DNA of 64,000 nt. It comes from Clostridiales bacterium. GTDB lineage: Bacteria > Bacillota > Clostridia > Saccharofermentanales > DTU023. Below are positions 63,059 through 64,000 of this stretch, in pieces. Within the stretch, counting starts at the first letter, position 1. Each line of letters opens with the position of its first letter. The notes beneath the pieces are model-generated. The model was not told the origin of the DNA, searched no databases, and saw nothing but the letters and a program-made list of their open reading frames with translations. Made by a program: the position numbers and the translations under genes. The stretch covers positions 72,712 to 136,711 of the forward strand of contig SFGY01000005.1 of NCBI GenBank assembly GCA_004556455.1. Reading direction: 5' to 3'.

Positions 63059-63850
63059 GTGAAAGATCATCCGCAAGAAAATAAAAAACGGAGAACAGTG
63101 GAACGCATGTGTGTCATCTGCCGTGAACGCTTTCCCCAAAAGTCTCTGCTGCGCCTTACCGAACGGAAGGATGGCAGCTGGGCTCTGGACCTTAGCCGAA
63201 AAGCTCAGGCCAGAGGGCTTTATCTCTGTACGTCAGAAAGCTGCCTGAAACGGGTTCTAAGTGGGAAAAAACTCCCCTTTCAGCTGGCTGAAGACAGCCG
63301 GGAGCTCTTGTCAGCGATGCAGAGTGCGCGTGAGGCTCAAGCTGAAAAAGCAGCGGACGAAGGTGCTGCGAAGTCTGCAGAGCCGGACAATGAAAAGCGC
63401 AAAGCCGCGCTGGCGGTTCTCAGCATAGCTGAAGAGGACGCTAAGCTGATTCTGCTTGAGCCCAGCACAGCCGGGAATGAGGAAAAGATTCTTTCTTTAC
63501 TGGGACTGGCGGAGCGGGCTGGCGGCCTTGTTTCTGGTATGGATGCCGTACTAGCCCTGAAAACTTCCGGGAAAAACTGCCTGCTTTGTGCCGCGGCAGA
63601 TATCAGTCCGGGTAGTCTGAAACGTCTGCGCAGAGGAGACGATGTCTTCCCCTTGATTTATCTGCGCAAGACGGATAAAAATGAACTCGGCCGTCGCATA
63701 GGCCGACGTGGCACGGCCCTTTGTGCTGTCGTGGAGGAGCAATTGGCAAAAGAAATACGTTTGAAGGCCTTGAGAATCCATGAGCCTTGTGAAGATAAAA
63801 GTCAGAAAATGAACGAGCTGCGAGAACTGAGCGGAGGTCAAGTGAAATGA
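63059..63850 (+). CDS. fusion of YlxR (DUF448) and L7Ae-like YlxQ
   Basis: N-terminus RMCVICRERFPQKSLLRL...RGLYLC (YlxR). C-terminus LLGLAERAGGLVSGMDAV...LLCAAADISP (YlxQ/L7Ae-like). GTG at 63059 lies 5 nt after AGGAGG. Confidence 0.75.
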   Translation: MKDHPQENKKRRTVERMCVICRERFPQKSLLRLTERKDGSWALDLSRKAQARGLYLCTSESCLKRVLSGKKLPFQLAEDSRELLSAMQSAREAQAEKAADEGAAKSAEPDNEKRKAALAVLSIAEEDAKLILLEPSTAGNEEKILSLLGLAERAGGLVSGMDAVLALKTSGKNCLLCAAADISPGSLKRLRRGDDVFPLIYLRKTDKNELGRRIGRRGTALCAVVEEQLAKEIRLKALRIHEPCEDKSQKMNELRELSGGQVK

Positions 63851-64000
63851 TCAAAAGAGAAGAAGCAGATTCCGGTCTGAGAGCCGGCTTTATTCGTGAA
63901 GATGATGCGAAAGATCAATTAAATCAGCAGCCTCAGCCAAAGCCGCCCGTTGATAAGAAAATCGAAGCGGAAGTAAAGGCTGAGGTCGAAGCCATTGTGG
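63847..64000 (+). CDS. infB: translation initiation factor IF-2, 5' fragment (runs off the window)
   Basis: ATGA overlap with the preceding stop; open to the window end (MIKREEADSG...KAEVEAIV). The call rests mainly on conserved nusA-ylxR-ylxQ-infB order. Confidence 0.55.
   Translation, partial: MIKREEADSGLRAGFIREDDAKDQLNQQPQPKPPVDKKIEAEVKAEVEAIV

Overview
The gene content indicates a chromosomal window from a Gram-positive-type anaerobe (Clostridia-like). Conserved blocks include yicC-remA-gmk-rpoZ and rimP-nusA-ylxR/ylxQ-infB, plus desulfoferrodoxin and a glycine-reductase-type selenoprotein. Most of the window is housekeeping or metabolism: glyQS, ppdK, uppP, a cobalamin nucleotide-loop/salvage cluster (sirC-like, cobT, cobU, cobS, cobU-like::cobC fusion, cbiB, cobD), glgB, a C69 dipeptidase, a THF-riboswitch-controlled folT, a liv-type branched-chain amino acid ABC operon plus brnQ, a two-component system, a DD-carboxypeptidase, leuS, mreB, rpsT, a lipoylation cluster, mscL, tRNA-Ser(GGA) and tRNA-Thr(UGU). 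The only clearly accessory region is a ~7.5-kb integrative island (9193-16670) inserted into the 3' end of a VanZ-like gene. It has 19-bp att cores and tandem arm-type repeats at both ends. It carries a tyrosine integrase broken by one in-frame TAA, a divergent XRE/XRE switch, an xis-like gene, and an AEP-primase/AAA_25-helicase gene that reads into its own iteron origin. It also holds a ~1.2-kb ORF-free tract with several terminator-like hairpins and a right-end XRE plus sigma-r4-like gene pair. There are no virion or lysis genes, so the layout resembles a PICI/phage satellite. The second notable locus is an orphan grdX-grdE-grdB-like module (51202-55571) next to an NSS-family transporter. 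Its grdB-like gene has an in-frame UGA (selenocysteine) and a SECIS-like hairpin that the ORF track splits into two ORFs. No grdA, grdCD or trx genes are in the window. Other oddities are a ~120-aa low-complexity insertion in UppP, a CbiP truncated before its amidotransferase domain, LivM::LivG and YlxR::YlxQ fusions, and a lipoylation cluster with a free-standing 80-aa lipoyl domain. All calls rest on reading the translations and DNA by eye. No database search or folding computation was run.
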